The notes under the pieces are model-generated. The model was not told the DNA's origin. It did no database searches and saw only the letters and a program-made list of their open reading frames with translations. A stretch of DNA of 64,000 nucleotides from a virus (taxonomy: Duplodnaviria; Caudoviricetes), in IMG/VR virus record IMGVR_UViG_3300033120_000925, positions 1 through 64,000 of that record, one strand, 5' to 3'. The translations under genes were made by a program, and so were the position numbers. Of this stretch, positions 39,365-48,822 are shown piece after piece; the first letter of the stretch is position 1; each line of letters begins with the position of its first letter.

Positions 39365-39912
39365 TTGATTAGATTTTCGTAGTGAATAATAATGTCGGCG
39401 TGTTTTGACGCTAATTCTACTTTATTCGTTTGGTAGGCTTTCAAGTCGCCGGCGTTTGATATAAAACACAATTCAACCAAAGCAACCGTTCCATTTTCAC
39501 GCATTAGTCCAAGACTTCCACGGTGGCTGTCGGCCTCTGTTTTTACTCCACGGTTTTTAATTCCAATGTATTTGGATGTGGAGTCAACCAATTCTTTGGC
39601 AAACGCCTTGTCCAGCCTGTCGGCATCGTTGCCTATCAAAGATGTTGCGCCGGTGGCTGTAGGATTTTCCGATGCGTCGAAGTGATATTCCACAACAACG
39701 GAACCATTTCCGGTTTGAATTCGTTTTAAATAATCCCCCAATCGTTCGTCGTCGTTGTCAGTAATTACTTTTATGTTTTTTTTCTTTAATTCAGCGACAA
39801 CCAAGTTTCGAAACTCCACGGCCAAGTCGGCTTCGTGATAACCGTTTCCAACTGCTCCTGGATCTACTTTAATTCCTTTTGGGTTATGACCCGCGCTTAC
39901 GAATATTGCCAT
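39361..39912 (-). CDS. N-acetylmuramoyl-L-alanine amidase endolysin (Amidase_3)
   Basis: VSAGH, E, EYHFDA, LVELCFISN zinc-amidase motifs. Confidence 0.9.
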   Translation of the reverse strand: MAIFVSAGHNPKGIKVDPGAVGNGYHEADLAVEFRNLVVAELKKKNIKVITDNDDERLGDYLKRIQTGNGSVVVEYHFDASENPTATGATSLIGNDADRLDKAFAKELVDSTSKYIGIKNRGVKTEADSHRGSLGLMRENGTVALVELCFISNAGDLKAYQTNKVELASKHADIIIHYENLIK

Positions 39913-39914
39913 AA

Positions 39915-40349
39915 TTACTTTTGGTTTTTTTCTACAATTTTTAATTTTTTCAAAACAGCATCGTACTTTGCATTTAGAATTTCGTATTTCTCGCTCAATT
40001 CCCTGTATAGTTTTTCCCAGTTTTGAGATACTTCAACTTCTTTTGCATACGAAATATTCATCGTGTTGAACTGTTCTTGTAGGGTAGATATTTTTTTGTC
40101 GCTCTTGTCCATTTCAGTCCTGAAATATTCTTTATCTACAATTCTTTCAGATTTCAATTGAGCATTTTCCGCTTTCAAAAACTCCCTGTCTTTTTTTAAA
40201 TCATCAACGAGATTGTCGTATATGCCTTGAACTTTAGCCGTAAACTCGGCATTGTTGTTTTTTCGACCATAGAAAATCCAACCTAATAACCCAGTTGCAC
40301 TACCTCCGCCCAATAAAACTCCCCAGTTTGATGAAATAAAATCAACCAT
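39915..40349 (-). CDS. Holin-like protein (N-terminal TM plus coiled coil)
   Basis: WGVLLGGGSATGLLGWIFY; next to endolysin. Confidence 0.55.
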   Translation of the reverse strand: MVDFISSNWGVLLGGGSATGLLGWIFYGRKNNNAEFTAKVQGIYDNLVDDLKKDREFLKAENAQLKSERIVDKEYFRTEMDKSDKKISTLQEQFNTMNISYAKEVEVSQNWEKLYRELSEKYEILNAKYDAVLKKLKIVEKNQK

Positions 40350-40352
40350 AAT

Positions 40353-40577
40353 CTATACTTCTTTACTTTTTTTACCAATAAATTCTTGTAACTTGTTTAT
40401 CAGGAAATCAGGCGAGAATATCAACAAAATCCCCACAGCCAATAAAATTGACATTATCACATAATCTGGAGCCACTCCATTAATTAACGATAACCCCACA
40501 TAAGCCAATCCCGACACAAAAAGAATAATTCCTATCAGCGTCGATTTCCATCCTTTGTAAATGTTTTTTATGCTCAT
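40353..40577 (-). CDS. Putative holin (2 TM)
   Basis: Two hydrophobic helices and basic C-terminus. Confidence 0.6.
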   Translation of the reverse strand: MSIKNIYKGWKSTLIGIILFVSGLAYVGLSLINGVAPDYVIMSILLAVGILLIFSPDFLINKLQEFIGKKSKEV

Positions 40578-40652
40578 AATTAGTGTTTTTATGTTTTAAA
40601 GGCGGCCTCGTTCTCTCCAACCAGCATTTCGTATTTATGCACCCGCCTTTTT

Positions 40653-40994
40653 TTATTTATCTATTGATTTAAAGCAATGGTTTTTATCCAATTTATTCAA
40701 AACAGAAACCAAATTCTTTCCTGTTTTTGTAAGCGTTTTGTCGCGCTCGTTTTTTCCTAAAACTCCGGAAATAGTTTCATTAATATCTCCGAATTTATGT
40801 CCTGATTCCAATATCAAAGTTTTATTTAAAAGCGTTCGATACTCCCGATTTCCAAACTTGTCCAAGTTGATTGCAGAACTCTTGAAATAACCTGATTTGT
40901 TTTTGACCACGCAATAATTAATAAGACTCAAAGGCAAAAACAAAACGTATGCTATGATGAATAATAAGAACCCCATTATACCGTAAACTCCCAA
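40653..40994 (-). CDS. Membrane protein of lysis region
   Basis: N-terminal TM; ETISGVLGKN motif. Confidence 0.55.
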   Translation of the reverse strand: MGVYGIMGFLLFIIAYVLFLPLSLINYCVVKNKSGYFKSSAINLDKFGNREYRTLLNKTLILESGHKFGDINETISGVLGKNERDKTLTKTGKNLVSVLNKLDKNHCFKSIDK

Positions 40995-41374
40995 TCACTT
41001 GGATTTAAACCCCTGATTGTTTTTCCGTTTGGTAATAAATTAGATTGCGTGTCAAGCATTAAAGCCAACTTCACTTTTAACCATTCTTTTTCCGATTTTG
41101 TCATTCCTGTAAAATCATTAGTAGATTCTAAATAAGCGTCTAATTGGTTTATCTTTTCGTTATCGTAAAACACTTCTTTAGATGAAATCGCTTCGGGTGG
41201 CGATAGCGTAATATCCCAATCGATAACTAAATAATTGATACCTTCTTTTTTCATTTCAAGAGGCCTAACTTCTACCATAACTTTACCTTGTTTATCGCTT
41301 CGATTACCGTATGCAATAATGTTTTTTGTTTGTATCATTTTTTTATATTTAATTAGCAACCCAATTTGTGCCAT
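40976..41374 (-). CDS. Hypothetical protein after fibre gene (start ~41338)
   Basis: ORF track. Confidence 0.55.
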   Translation of the reverse strand: MAQIGLLIKYKKMIQTKNIIAYGNRSDKQGKVMVEVRPLEMKKEGINYLVIDWDITLSPPEAISSKEVFYDNEKINQLDAYLESTNDFTGMTKSEKEWLKVKLALMLDTQSNLLPNGKTIRGLNPSDWEFTV

Positions 41375-44300
41375 TATAAAATACAGGAGTTATAACTGCA
41401 CCACCACCTACTATTGTAGTCATATATGTTGGCGATAACGCATCACTTACGACTGCAGTTTCTCCTGTTGTAGCAGTTGGTAAAGTAGCAACTGTGTATA
41501 TTTTTAATTTTACTGGCGCAAAAAATTCTGAAACTCCTAATTCATTAATTTCCATTCTCACAGTTTCAGTTTGCATATCTGTTCCTGATGTAGTTTTTGC
41601 ACCTGTAATAAGTTGAATTTTCGAACCTCCAGTTCCTTTTCCTGTTCCAGATTTTAACTTTAAAACCCCACCATTTAAATTTGCAGTCCCTAATGCATTA
41701 TTATTTTGGATATAAATGTCTCCCCCGTTAACATTTGCGTACACATTCCCATTAGGAGCTGCAGCCATTCCATTCCAGTATTTTGTTCCTTGCCCTAATG
41801 CTACAAAATTTCCTGTTCCAGCAGTCTGCATATAAATATCGCCTCCACTTACGAAGGCATGTATATTCCCATTTGGCGCGGCAGTCATACCATACCAATT
41901 CCTAGCAGTTTGCCCTAATGCTACAAAATTTCCTGTTCCGGCAGTCTGCATATAAATATCGCCTCCACTTACTAAGGCATACACATTTCCATTTGGCGCG
42001 GCAGTCATACCATACCAAGTTCTTGAAGTTTGCCCTAATGCTACAAAATTTCCTGTTCCGGCAGTCTGCATATAAATATCGCCGCTAGAAAGACAAGCAT
42101 ACACATTCCCATTAGGAGCTGCAGCCATTCCATTCCAACTCCTTGAGGTTTGGCTTAATGGGTTGAAATTTCCTGTTCCGGCAGTCTGCATATAAATATC
42201 GCCGCTTCCCACGCAAGCATACACATTTCCATTTGGCGCGGCAGTCATACCTGTCCAGTTCCTAGCAGTTTGGCTTAATGGGTTGAAATTTCCTGTTCCG
42301 GTAGTCTGCATATAAATATCGCCGCTTACGACACTAGCATATATGTTACCTGCCGAGGAAGCCGTCATACCTGCCCAAACCCTAAAAGTTTGACTTAAGG
42401 GGTTAAAATTTATATTAGGAACATAATTGATTGCTCGCCCAGCAACTATAGTTAAGTTACGTCCAATTACGGTATTAGCACTCTCTTCTACGCCTATTTC
42501 ACTATCTACTTGATTACCTAAAGTAATATCTTTTGTTGGAGAGGCATATGTCCCAATTCCAAGATAAGTTCCTGTGTCCCACAAACGGGATGAACCCATA
42601 GTTGTCGCAGTCAGAAATTTCGGCAAATAATTAACTACCCCGCCAGTTGGAATGTTCATCTTGTTCGTGTTCACAGAAGCAATGTCCGTCAAGTCAGCAA
42701 GCGTTCCGTCCCTATTTTGTAGGGTGTAGGTTCTCGCTGCTGTATTGGAATTTGTAAAAAATGACGTAAAAGTGTTAGCCACATTACGAAGTCCAAACAT
42801 TCCAGATAAAAAAGTTTTTAATCCTGAAACAGTTTGAGTTGATGCCAATACCATATCGCCACCACCTCCAACTGCTGGATGCGTATGTGTCGTGATTTCC
42901 CCGGTAAGTTTCGCTTCAATTTCGGCTTTTGTAATGTCGCTGTTCTTTTGCGCGTTGTTTGGAGCCGTTGATGGCGTGAAACCCAAAGCTGCAATCACAT
43001 TGGCATAAGTCAAATTCGCCAAAAATCGTGCAACTGTCCAGTATAGGTTTGTGCTTCCTTCGGGTAAGGCATCGGTTGTACTTGCTCCTGTAGCCCCACC
43101 AACTATCCAACCCGCTTCATTATCCCAAATCCATTCTTTTGCATCAACTCCTGTTCCTGAATCTACAATAGCGTAATCGCCATCTGTAGCTGTAGGATGT
43201 GCCGTGGTCAATGCGCCTGAACTAGTGTATTTTCCTTTAAAATGTTGGTTGTATGAGGATGCGTCGAGTTTTGAGTCTAAAGCCGTTTGTTGCGCTGTAG
43301 AAATAGGCTTGTTGATGTCGGAGGTGTTGTCTACGTTTCCTAATCCTACTTGTGTTTTGGTTTGGTTGGCAGGCGTAATGGTAATTTCTTTACCTACTGC
43401 GCTTACGACTGCTCCATTTCCTCCTTTTAAAGTAAATGTATCGTCTTTTATCGTAGCATTGGCTATTCCGCTATCGGTAACAATACTGGTAATCGCTTTT
43501 TGGGTTGGAGACACAACTGAACTTCCTTTTACCAAAACTACGTTGTCAATACTAAATCCTGCATTTGCCCAAGGGAATACTATTTTAATCGTGTCAAAAC
43601 TAACTCCAGTGAATGTAAAAGAAGAAAAATCTACAACTAAAGATTGGTATGATCCAAAACTGCCAAACTTGTAATTATTGAGTCCTGTTTTTATTACATA
43701 ACTTCCTATAGTATTCGAGCCGTTTAAAAAGTAAACATTGATTCCATGTGTTTTACCGTAATTTTCAACAAAAAACAAGTCGAATTTTAGCGTGTTAAAG
43801 TCGGATATGCTTTTGGTGGTGGATGATACAAATTGCGTAAACATTCCTGAAGATGGATTCACGATGTCTGCATTTTTAACTCCTTTTGATGGTCTATTGG
43901 TCGCGTTAAAATTTACTAATCCGCCAAGAGAAGATGTCGCCCATTCCGTATTCTCGTTATAAACCTGCTCAATGGATGAATCTACAGGGGTTGTGGATAA
44001 AGCCGTAACTAATTCAGAAGTAACAAATAATTCTATCCCTTCATCTATGGTAGGAATTAAAGGATTCAACGCAGGGATTCCTGTGGCTTTTTGCGCCCCT
44101 AAAGCATTTACATAAATAACGTCAAACCTCGGATAAGTAGCGTCTGATGCGTTTAGTGTAATTTGCTGTGTTGCCCCTGGATACAAAACTCCCTGAATGT
44201 AGTAATCAGGATAAATTACGTCATAAACATATCCTACTCCTGTCCATACAGCGAAAGCCTGTCCTGTAAAATTAGTGTTAAGGTCCTGCAAGTTCTCCAA

Positions 44301-44903
44301 AACCAAAATCCTGTCGTCTATGTCTTTGGCCGTTCCTGTATATCCGTCTTTGTCTAGTTTTAGCGGATCCGATGTTCCTGCCGATGTCGCTTTTAATTCA
44401 AAGTCAAAAAAGTAAACATTTAGGTTTTCCAACAAAGGCAAAAACTCGTTTTCCTTAAAAACTGTTATGTTAAGAATAAAATAATCCGGAAAATCTTCGA
44501 TGCTCGCAATGTCGAAATAAACCGCATTGTTTTGGTTGTTCGAGTTTCGTAGTTTCAAATAGAAATCCGTGGCGTTGGCCTGAAGAAACAAATAAAGTTC
44601 CTGCAAATTATCCCCTGAATTATTAAACTTATTTATGTATAACTTAGTTAATGATGGCGTACTTAACTCATTTTCGTCAGACAAAAATCGTCCCTCAAGT
44701 AAAACTTCAGTACTTAAATAAGGAGAAGTACTGAATACGTAATTTAATATTGGGGTTCCGTTTAGCTTATTCACCAAACCCGCCACCTCTTCAAATCCAA
44801 AATTTACGGTTTTGTTGAAATCCTCACTATCTGTACCTACAAAATAGTCGGATGAAATAGGTTTTTTCTTCGGGTAGGCAGTCTTTGAGGATATTTTTGT
44901 CAT
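41349..44903 (-). CDS. Main tail fibre / receptor-binding protein with 6x40-aa propeller-like repeat
   Basis: Modular Thr/Gly-rich fibre motifs (KTQVGLGNVDNTSD, TTDALPEGSTNLY) and repeat GNFxxLxQTxRxWxGMxAAPNGNVYA. Confidence 0.85.
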   Translation of the reverse strand: MTKISSKTAYPKKKPISSDYFVGTDSEDFNKTVNFGFEEVAGLVNKLNGTPILNYVFSTSPYLSTEVLLEGRFLSDENELSTPSLTKLYINKFNNSGDNLQELYLFLQANATDFYLKLRNSNNQNNAVYFDIASIEDFPDYFILNITVFKENEFLPLLENLNVYFFDFELKATSAGTSDPLKLDKDGYTGTAKDIDDRILVLENLQDLNTNFTGQAFAVWTGVGYVYDVIYPDYYIQGVLYPGATQQITLNASDATYPRFDVIYVNALGAQKATGIPALNPLIPTIDEGIELFVTSELVTALSTTPVDSSIEQVYNENTEWATSSLGGLVNFNATNRPSKGVKNADIVNPSSGMFTQFVSSTTKSISDFNTLKFDLFFVENYGKTHGINVYFLNGSNTIGSYVIKTGLNNYKFGSFGSYQSLVVDFSSFTFTGVSFDTIKIVFPWANAGFSIDNVVLVKGSSVVSPTQKAITSIVTDSGIANATIKDDTFTLKGGNGAVVSAVGKEITITPANQTKTQVGLGNVDNTSDINKPISTAQQTALDSKLDASSYNQHFKGKYTSSGALTTAHPTATDGDYAIVDSGTGVDAKEWIWDNEAGWIVGGATGASTTDALPEGSTNLYWTVARFLANLTYANVIAALGFTPSTAPNNAQKNSDITKAEIEAKLTGEITTHTHPAVGGGGDMVLASTQTVSGLKTFLSGMFGLRNVANTFTSFFTNSNTAARTYTLQNRDGTLADLTDIASVNTNKMNIPTGGVVNYLPKFLTATTMGSSRLWDTGTYLGIGTYASPTKDITLGNQVDSEIGVEESANTVIGRNLTIVAGRAINYVPNINFNPLSQTFRVWAGMTASSAGNIYASVVSGDIYMQTTGTGNFNPLSQTARNWTGMTAAPNGNVYACVGSGDIYMQTAGTGNFNPLSQTSRSWNGMAAAPNGNVYACLSSGDIYMQTAGTGNFVALGQTSRTWYGMTAAPNGNVYALVSGGDIYMQTAGTGNFVALGQTARNWYGMTAAPNGNIHAFVSGGDIYMQTAGTGNFVALGQGTKYWNGMAAAPNGNVYANVNGGDIYIQNNNALGTANLNGGVLKLKSGTGKGTGGSKIQLITGAKTTSGTDMQTETVRMEINELGVSEFFAPVKLKIYTVATLPTATTGETAVVSDALSPTYMTTIVGGGAVITPVFYNGTNWVAN
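41701..42410. repeat. Six tandem 120-bp repeats
   Basis: GCAGTCTGCATATAAATATCGCC recurs at 41821, 41941, 42061, 42181 and (GTAGTC variant) 42301. Confidence 0.95.
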
Positions 44904-44925
44904 CGGTATAATTGCTTAATCTTGA

Positions 44926-44986
44926 CAAAGATATAAATTAAAAGACCACAAACGTTTGTTGTCGTTTAAAAAAATGCGTAAATTTG
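44926..44986. promoter_or_regulatory. Late promoter/operator copy 5, bidirectional (fibre operon leftward, groEL rightward)
   Basis: CAAAGATA 44926, CAAACGTTTGTTGTCG 44949, TAAATTTG 44979. Confidence 0.8.
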
Positions 44987-45021
44987 TGCCTGAAACTTTA
45001 ATTAACTTAAATCAAATAACT

Positions 45022-46569
45022 ATGTCGCAACGAATCGTCAAGAATTTGACCAATGGCACTATCGCCAAAGAAAAACAACTAAACGCTATTAATAAAGTAG
45101 CAGATGCAGTAGGTTCAACATTAGGCTACCGAGGGCGAACCGTTATAATCGAAACTGATTTCGGCCTGCCGCAAGTCACAAAAGACGGTAGAGATGTGCT
45201 GCAAGCAATTTTCCTTGAAGACCCCGTAGAAGCGGCGGCTTGCGAATTACTAAAAGAGGCAGCCGAAAAAACATACAAAGAAGCGGGAGATTCTACAACT
45301 GCCACGGTAGTATTAGCACAGGCTTTTATTCAAAACTCCATAAAAGCATTAAACGAAGGTAAAAGTTCTATTGATATTAAGCGCGAAACCGAAAATTCAG
45401 TCGCCAAAATAGTCGAATATCTAAAAAGCATTTCCATAGACATTACGGATGAATTAATTTACGATGTGGCTAAAACTTCTGCAAACGGCGACGAAGAAAT
45501 CGCCAAGATAATCCAAAAAGCATTCGTGGATGCAGGACAGTACGGCGACGTCTCCTACGAACGAAGCAACAACGACGATACTTTTGTAGAATACAATGAA
45601 GGTACATTGGTCGAAAGCGGATTCAAGGACGAAGGATTTATCAATAAAGTCGATAGTCAATCGGTGATTTTTGACAACAATCCTTTAGTGTTATGCTCCC
45701 TGAACAACTTCCAAACCCTGAAAGAAATCAAACATTTTATGGAGTATGCCGTCGCCAACGAAAGACCATTGGTAATTATCTCTGAAATGGAGTACGACCT
45801 ACTAAACTCCATACTCATAAATGCTAGAAAAGGATTTCAATTTGCAGTAGTTTCCCCGCCAAGCCACGGCAAGAAGCAAAAAGACACAATGAATGACTTA
45901 GCCTTGATTTTAGGTTGTGATGTAGTATCGGGATTATCTGGACACATCTTCGAAGGAAAAGAAGAATTATACTTGGGAACCTGCTCAAAAATCGTAATCA
46001 CAAGAAACAACACTCGTATTATCCCAAGTTTAATGGTAGATATCGAACCCGTAAAAGGAAAAGTTTCTGAATTAGTAGGATTGCTCAAAACCGACATTGG
46101 AGAATCTGAAAAAAAATATCTTGAAAACAGAATTTCAAAATTATCAGGCGGAGTTTCCGTGATAAAAGTAGGAGGGATTACCCCAAACGAAGTCGAGGAA
46201 AAACTAGCAAGGGTAGATGATGCTGTTTGCGCCGTTCGTTCCGCAAAGGAAGAAGGAGTTGTTGCGGGAGGAGGAATTGCCTTGTTAAGCGCAGGGGGTA
46301 ATTTGGATTTAGACGAAATCACAAGCAAATCTATTCAAGCGCCATTCAAGAAAATCATCAAAAATGCCAATTGCAAAGAACTTATAGAAATCGCAGATTA
46401 CCCTAATGGATATGACGTAAAGTCCTATGAAGAAGTAAATATGTTCGATGCCGGAATTGTAAATGCTACAAAAGCAGAACGCAATGCTCTTGTAAATGCC
46501 GTTTCCGCCTCAAACAACCTACTTGGATCAGATTATGTAATAACCCTAAAACGTATTGGAGATGAGTAA
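45022..46569 (+). CDS. groEL: Phage chaperonin GroEL-like (ORF track start 44956; ATG at 45022 likely)
   Basis: STLGYRGR, VTKDG, AGDSTTAT, KLSGGVSVIKVGG, GVVAGGG motifs; no GGM tail. Confidence 0.92.
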   Translation: MSQRIVKNLTNGTIAKEKQLNAINKVADAVGSTLGYRGRTVIIETDFGLPQVTKDGRDVLQAIFLEDPVEAAACELLKEAAEKTYKEAGDSTTATVVLAQAFIQNSIKALNEGKSSIDIKRETENSVAKIVEYLKSISIDITDELIYDVAKTSANGDEEIAKIIQKAFVDAGQYGDVSYERSNNDDTFVEYNEGTLVESGFKDEGFINKVDSQSVIFDNNPLVLCSLNNFQTLKEIKHFMEYAVANERPLVIISEMEYDLLNSILINARKGFQFAVVSPPSHGKKQKDTMNDLALILGCDVVSGLSGHIFEGKEELYLGTCSKIVITRNNTRIIPSLMVDIEPVKGKVSELVGLLKTDIGESEKKYLENRISKLSGGVSVIKVGGITPNEVEEKLARVDDAVCAVRSAKEEGVVAGGGIALLSAGGNLDLDEITSKSIQAPFKKIIKNANCKELIEIADYPNGYDVKSYEEVNMFDAGIVNATKAERNALVNAVSASNNLLGSDYVITLKRIGDE

Positions 46570-46855
46570 TTTCAAAGGACAAGCCCTAAACTATAATGTA
46601 GTAATAAAAGAAGTAGAAGTAGAGAACGTTTCTACAACGGGATTGGATTTTTCCAACGAAGCCGACAAAAACGACAAGCAGAAAACAGGAATCATTGTTT
46701 CGGTTGGATTGGGATGCCCGAAATTCGACGATGGTACTTACACCATAAATACAGGAGAAATGGTAATGTTCGATAAATACAAATCTACCTCCCTAACATT
46801 AGACGGGGAGTTTTACAAGATTGTTTATTACGCAGATATTGTAATGAAGTTTTAG
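46562..46855 (+). CDS. groES: Co-chaperonin GroES-like
   Basis: Cpn10 pattern GIIVSVG...GEMVMFDKY; overlaps groEL end. Confidence 0.85.
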   Translation: MSNFKGQALNYNVVIKEVEVENVSTTGLDFSNEADKNDKQKTGIIVSVGLGCPKFDDGTYTINTGEMVMFDKYKSTSLTLDGEFYKIVYYADIVMKF

Positions 46856-46872
46856 GTTAATGAGTTTCAAAG

Positions 46873-46914
46873 AAAAACCGCGACTCCTTTAATTTAGGAA
46901 GTTCGCGGTTTTTT
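46873..46914. terminator. Bidirectional terminator
   Basis: AAAAACCGCGA...TCGCGGTTTTTT. Confidence 0.85.
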
Positions 46915-46974
46915 ATTATTTATTCTTTTCTCCCTCAATTAAGAGGTTTTCAAATTCTACTAATTCCTGCTCCA

Positions 46975-47373
46975 TTATTCTTCGTTAGGAGTTTCGGCGA
47001 CAATCACTTCCGGAGCTACAATTTCAGGCTCAACTACTTCGGGTTCGATAACCTCAATTTCTGCATTTGCTTCTTTAATTAAAGCATCTGATTCTTCCGG
47101 AGATAATGTAGATACAATACCTACTGTTCCTTCTTCTGATAATTCGTATGGTTCTTCTACTACCTCTGATTTTCGTTGAATCTCGTTATCCGTAGCATTG
47201 TCGAAATTTACGTCCGAAAGTACTACATACGCTTCATCTTCTACTTGAACCCAATCCGATTCGTGTATCACTAATCCATCGAAATGCTCATTTAGACTCT
47301 CTACTTTGAAGAATGTTCTTCCACCGATGAGTTTTGTTTCAACTCCTTTTAAAATCATTTTTTCTGTGTTCAT
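46975..47373 (-). CDS. Acidic hypothetical protein
   Basis: ORF track. Confidence 0.6.
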   Translation of the reverse strand: MNTEKMILKGVETKLIGGRTFFKVESLNEHFDGLVIHESDWVQVEDEAYVVLSDVNFDNATDNEIQRKSEVVEEPYELSEEGTVGIVSTLSPEESDALIKEANAEIEVIEPEVVEPEIVAPEVIVAETPNEE

Positions 47374-47382
47374 AGTTTTTAT

Positions 47383-48186
47383 TTAATTTGTTAATTTTTC
47401 TTGCGGTTTGTTTCCTAACTGAATCTCCATAATCTCATCATTCATCTCCTGAATCAACTGTTTTACTTCAGGACTTAATGGTGTGAGTGTAGGTTGTTTT
47501 ATTCGTATTGGGTTCATTTTTCCAAGGGTACGATAGATATAAGTGAGTTTTGTCACAAAGGCTTTTGTTAATCGAAATAAGCCCGTTGGTTCCATTTTAT
47601 CCTCGGCGTTGTACACTTTTGCCCGATGAATAATTTCTTCGATTATCCCCTCCCTAATGAGCCTACTTACCCTGTTTGAACTCGTTCCTGTTATTAATAT
47701 GCACGCATTTTCAATCCGATCACGAGTAAAAGGAATATTATCGTAGAAATAAAACCCCAACTCAATGTCGTGTTTCCGGATTCCGTACTTGGTAGAATAA
47801 AAATTAATGACTATCCCGTAGAACTTTAAAAAGTCAAACTCCCTATCCGTAGGCTGAATAACCATAAACTTATTTTTAGTTTCTATGGAGTGCCTATCAC
47901 GATTACGCTTGAAAATTCTTAAAGGGTGGTATTGGGCCAATTCTTCAATTTCATCAATCTCTTTCACCCGACGGCGACGCGTCCTTTTTTGCCATTGCTC
48001 TTTTGTTTCGTTATCTCTAACTTTCATAAACTCTGCCATCGTCCGTTTTTGATAATCCGAAAGCCCTGGTTTTATCTTCCCGAACTTTGACAAATCACCG
48101 TATTTTTTCTTAGGAGATTTTGGCTTATGACGAGGTTGCTTCTTCATACCCGGCCATTTCTTGTTTTCGTTTCGAATATTAGCCAT
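47383..48186 (-). CDS. Basic protein with possible C-terminal winged-helix domain
   Basis: K/R-rich N-terminus; RVSRLIREGIIEE...GLFRLT resembles MarR-like wing. Confidence 0.45.
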   Translation of the reverse strand: MANIRNENKKWPGMKKQPRHKPKSPKKKYGDLSKFGKIKPGLSDYQKRTMAEFMKVRDNETKEQWQKRTRRRRVKEIDEIEELAQYHPLRIFKRNRDRHSIETKNKFMVIQPTDREFDFLKFYGIVINFYSTKYGIRKHDIELGFYFYDNIPFTRDRIENACILITGTSSNRVSRLIREGIIEEIIHRAKVYNAEDKMEPTGLFRLTKAFVTKLTYIYRTLGKMNPIRIKQPTLTPLSPEVKQLIQEMNDEIMEIQLGNKPQEKLTN

Positions 48187-48517
48187 TGTGTTCTTTTAGG
48201 TATAAATCAATCGCCATTTTTGTTTTCTCCAAATCTTCTTTGAACTGTCCTTTTTTCCTGCAACGAACAATTCTTTTAATTATATCAAATTCCCAAGGGT
48301 TTAGTTCTTGGTCATTGCAGAATTTATAAATAGAGCCGTTTTCGTTGTTGTAGTGGGAGGGTTTTGCATCGTAACCTTGTAGAATACCTTTATTTAGGTA
48401 GGCGTCTTCGATTTCTTTTATAATTTTATCGTATTTTTCTCCATATACATAATTAATCTTTGGCATCATCCAAAGAAGATATTCTAATCCTTTTTCTTCT
48501 TTCTGTTTTGAATTCAT
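48179..48517 (-). CDS. DUF3310-like protein
   Basis: KPSHY...IIKRIVRCRKKGQFKEDLEK pattern. Confidence 0.65.
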   Translation of the reverse strand: MNSKQKEEKGLEYLLWMMPKINYVYGEKYDKIIKEIEDAYLNKGILQGYDAKPSHYNNENGSIYKFCNDQELNPWEFDIIKRIVRCRKKGQFKEDLEKTKMAIDLYLKEHNG

Positions 48518-48519
48518 AT

Positions 48520-48822
48520 TTATTGTTTTAGGTCGTTAATTAAAGTATCGTAGAGTTCTTCCGCCGTAATTTCATCGCTGTTTTCAGTGGTACGCCCAAA
48601 TTCCAAACAATCAATAAAGAATTCAATCCTACAAAAGTCCTCAGTCTTAGGGAAATAGATTTGTAGTAGGTCTAAAATCGAGCGTACAAGTAGGTTGTCG
48701 TTGTAGGAGCATTTAGTTTTGATACCAAACATATCACAGATAGCATCTCCATTTTTTCTATCCAAATACATTTGTTGGCGTAGATTTTCTATTATTTGGC
48801 AAAATATTTCTTTGCTTATCAT
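48520..48822 (-). CDS. Hypothetical protein
   Basis: ORF track. Confidence 0.6.
   Translation of the reverse strand: MISKEIFCQIIENLRQQMYLDRKNGDAICDMFGIKTKCSYNDNLLVRSILDLLQIYFPKTEDFCRIEFFIDCLEFGRTTENSDEITAEELYDTLINDLKQ

Noticed and set aside
41701-42410. 120-bp repeats as a DGR TR/VR pair or CRISPR array
   Set aside because: No reverse transcriptase or cas gene is visible; the units are in-frame coding repeats without unique spacers, and the differences are block-wise rather than adenine-specific.
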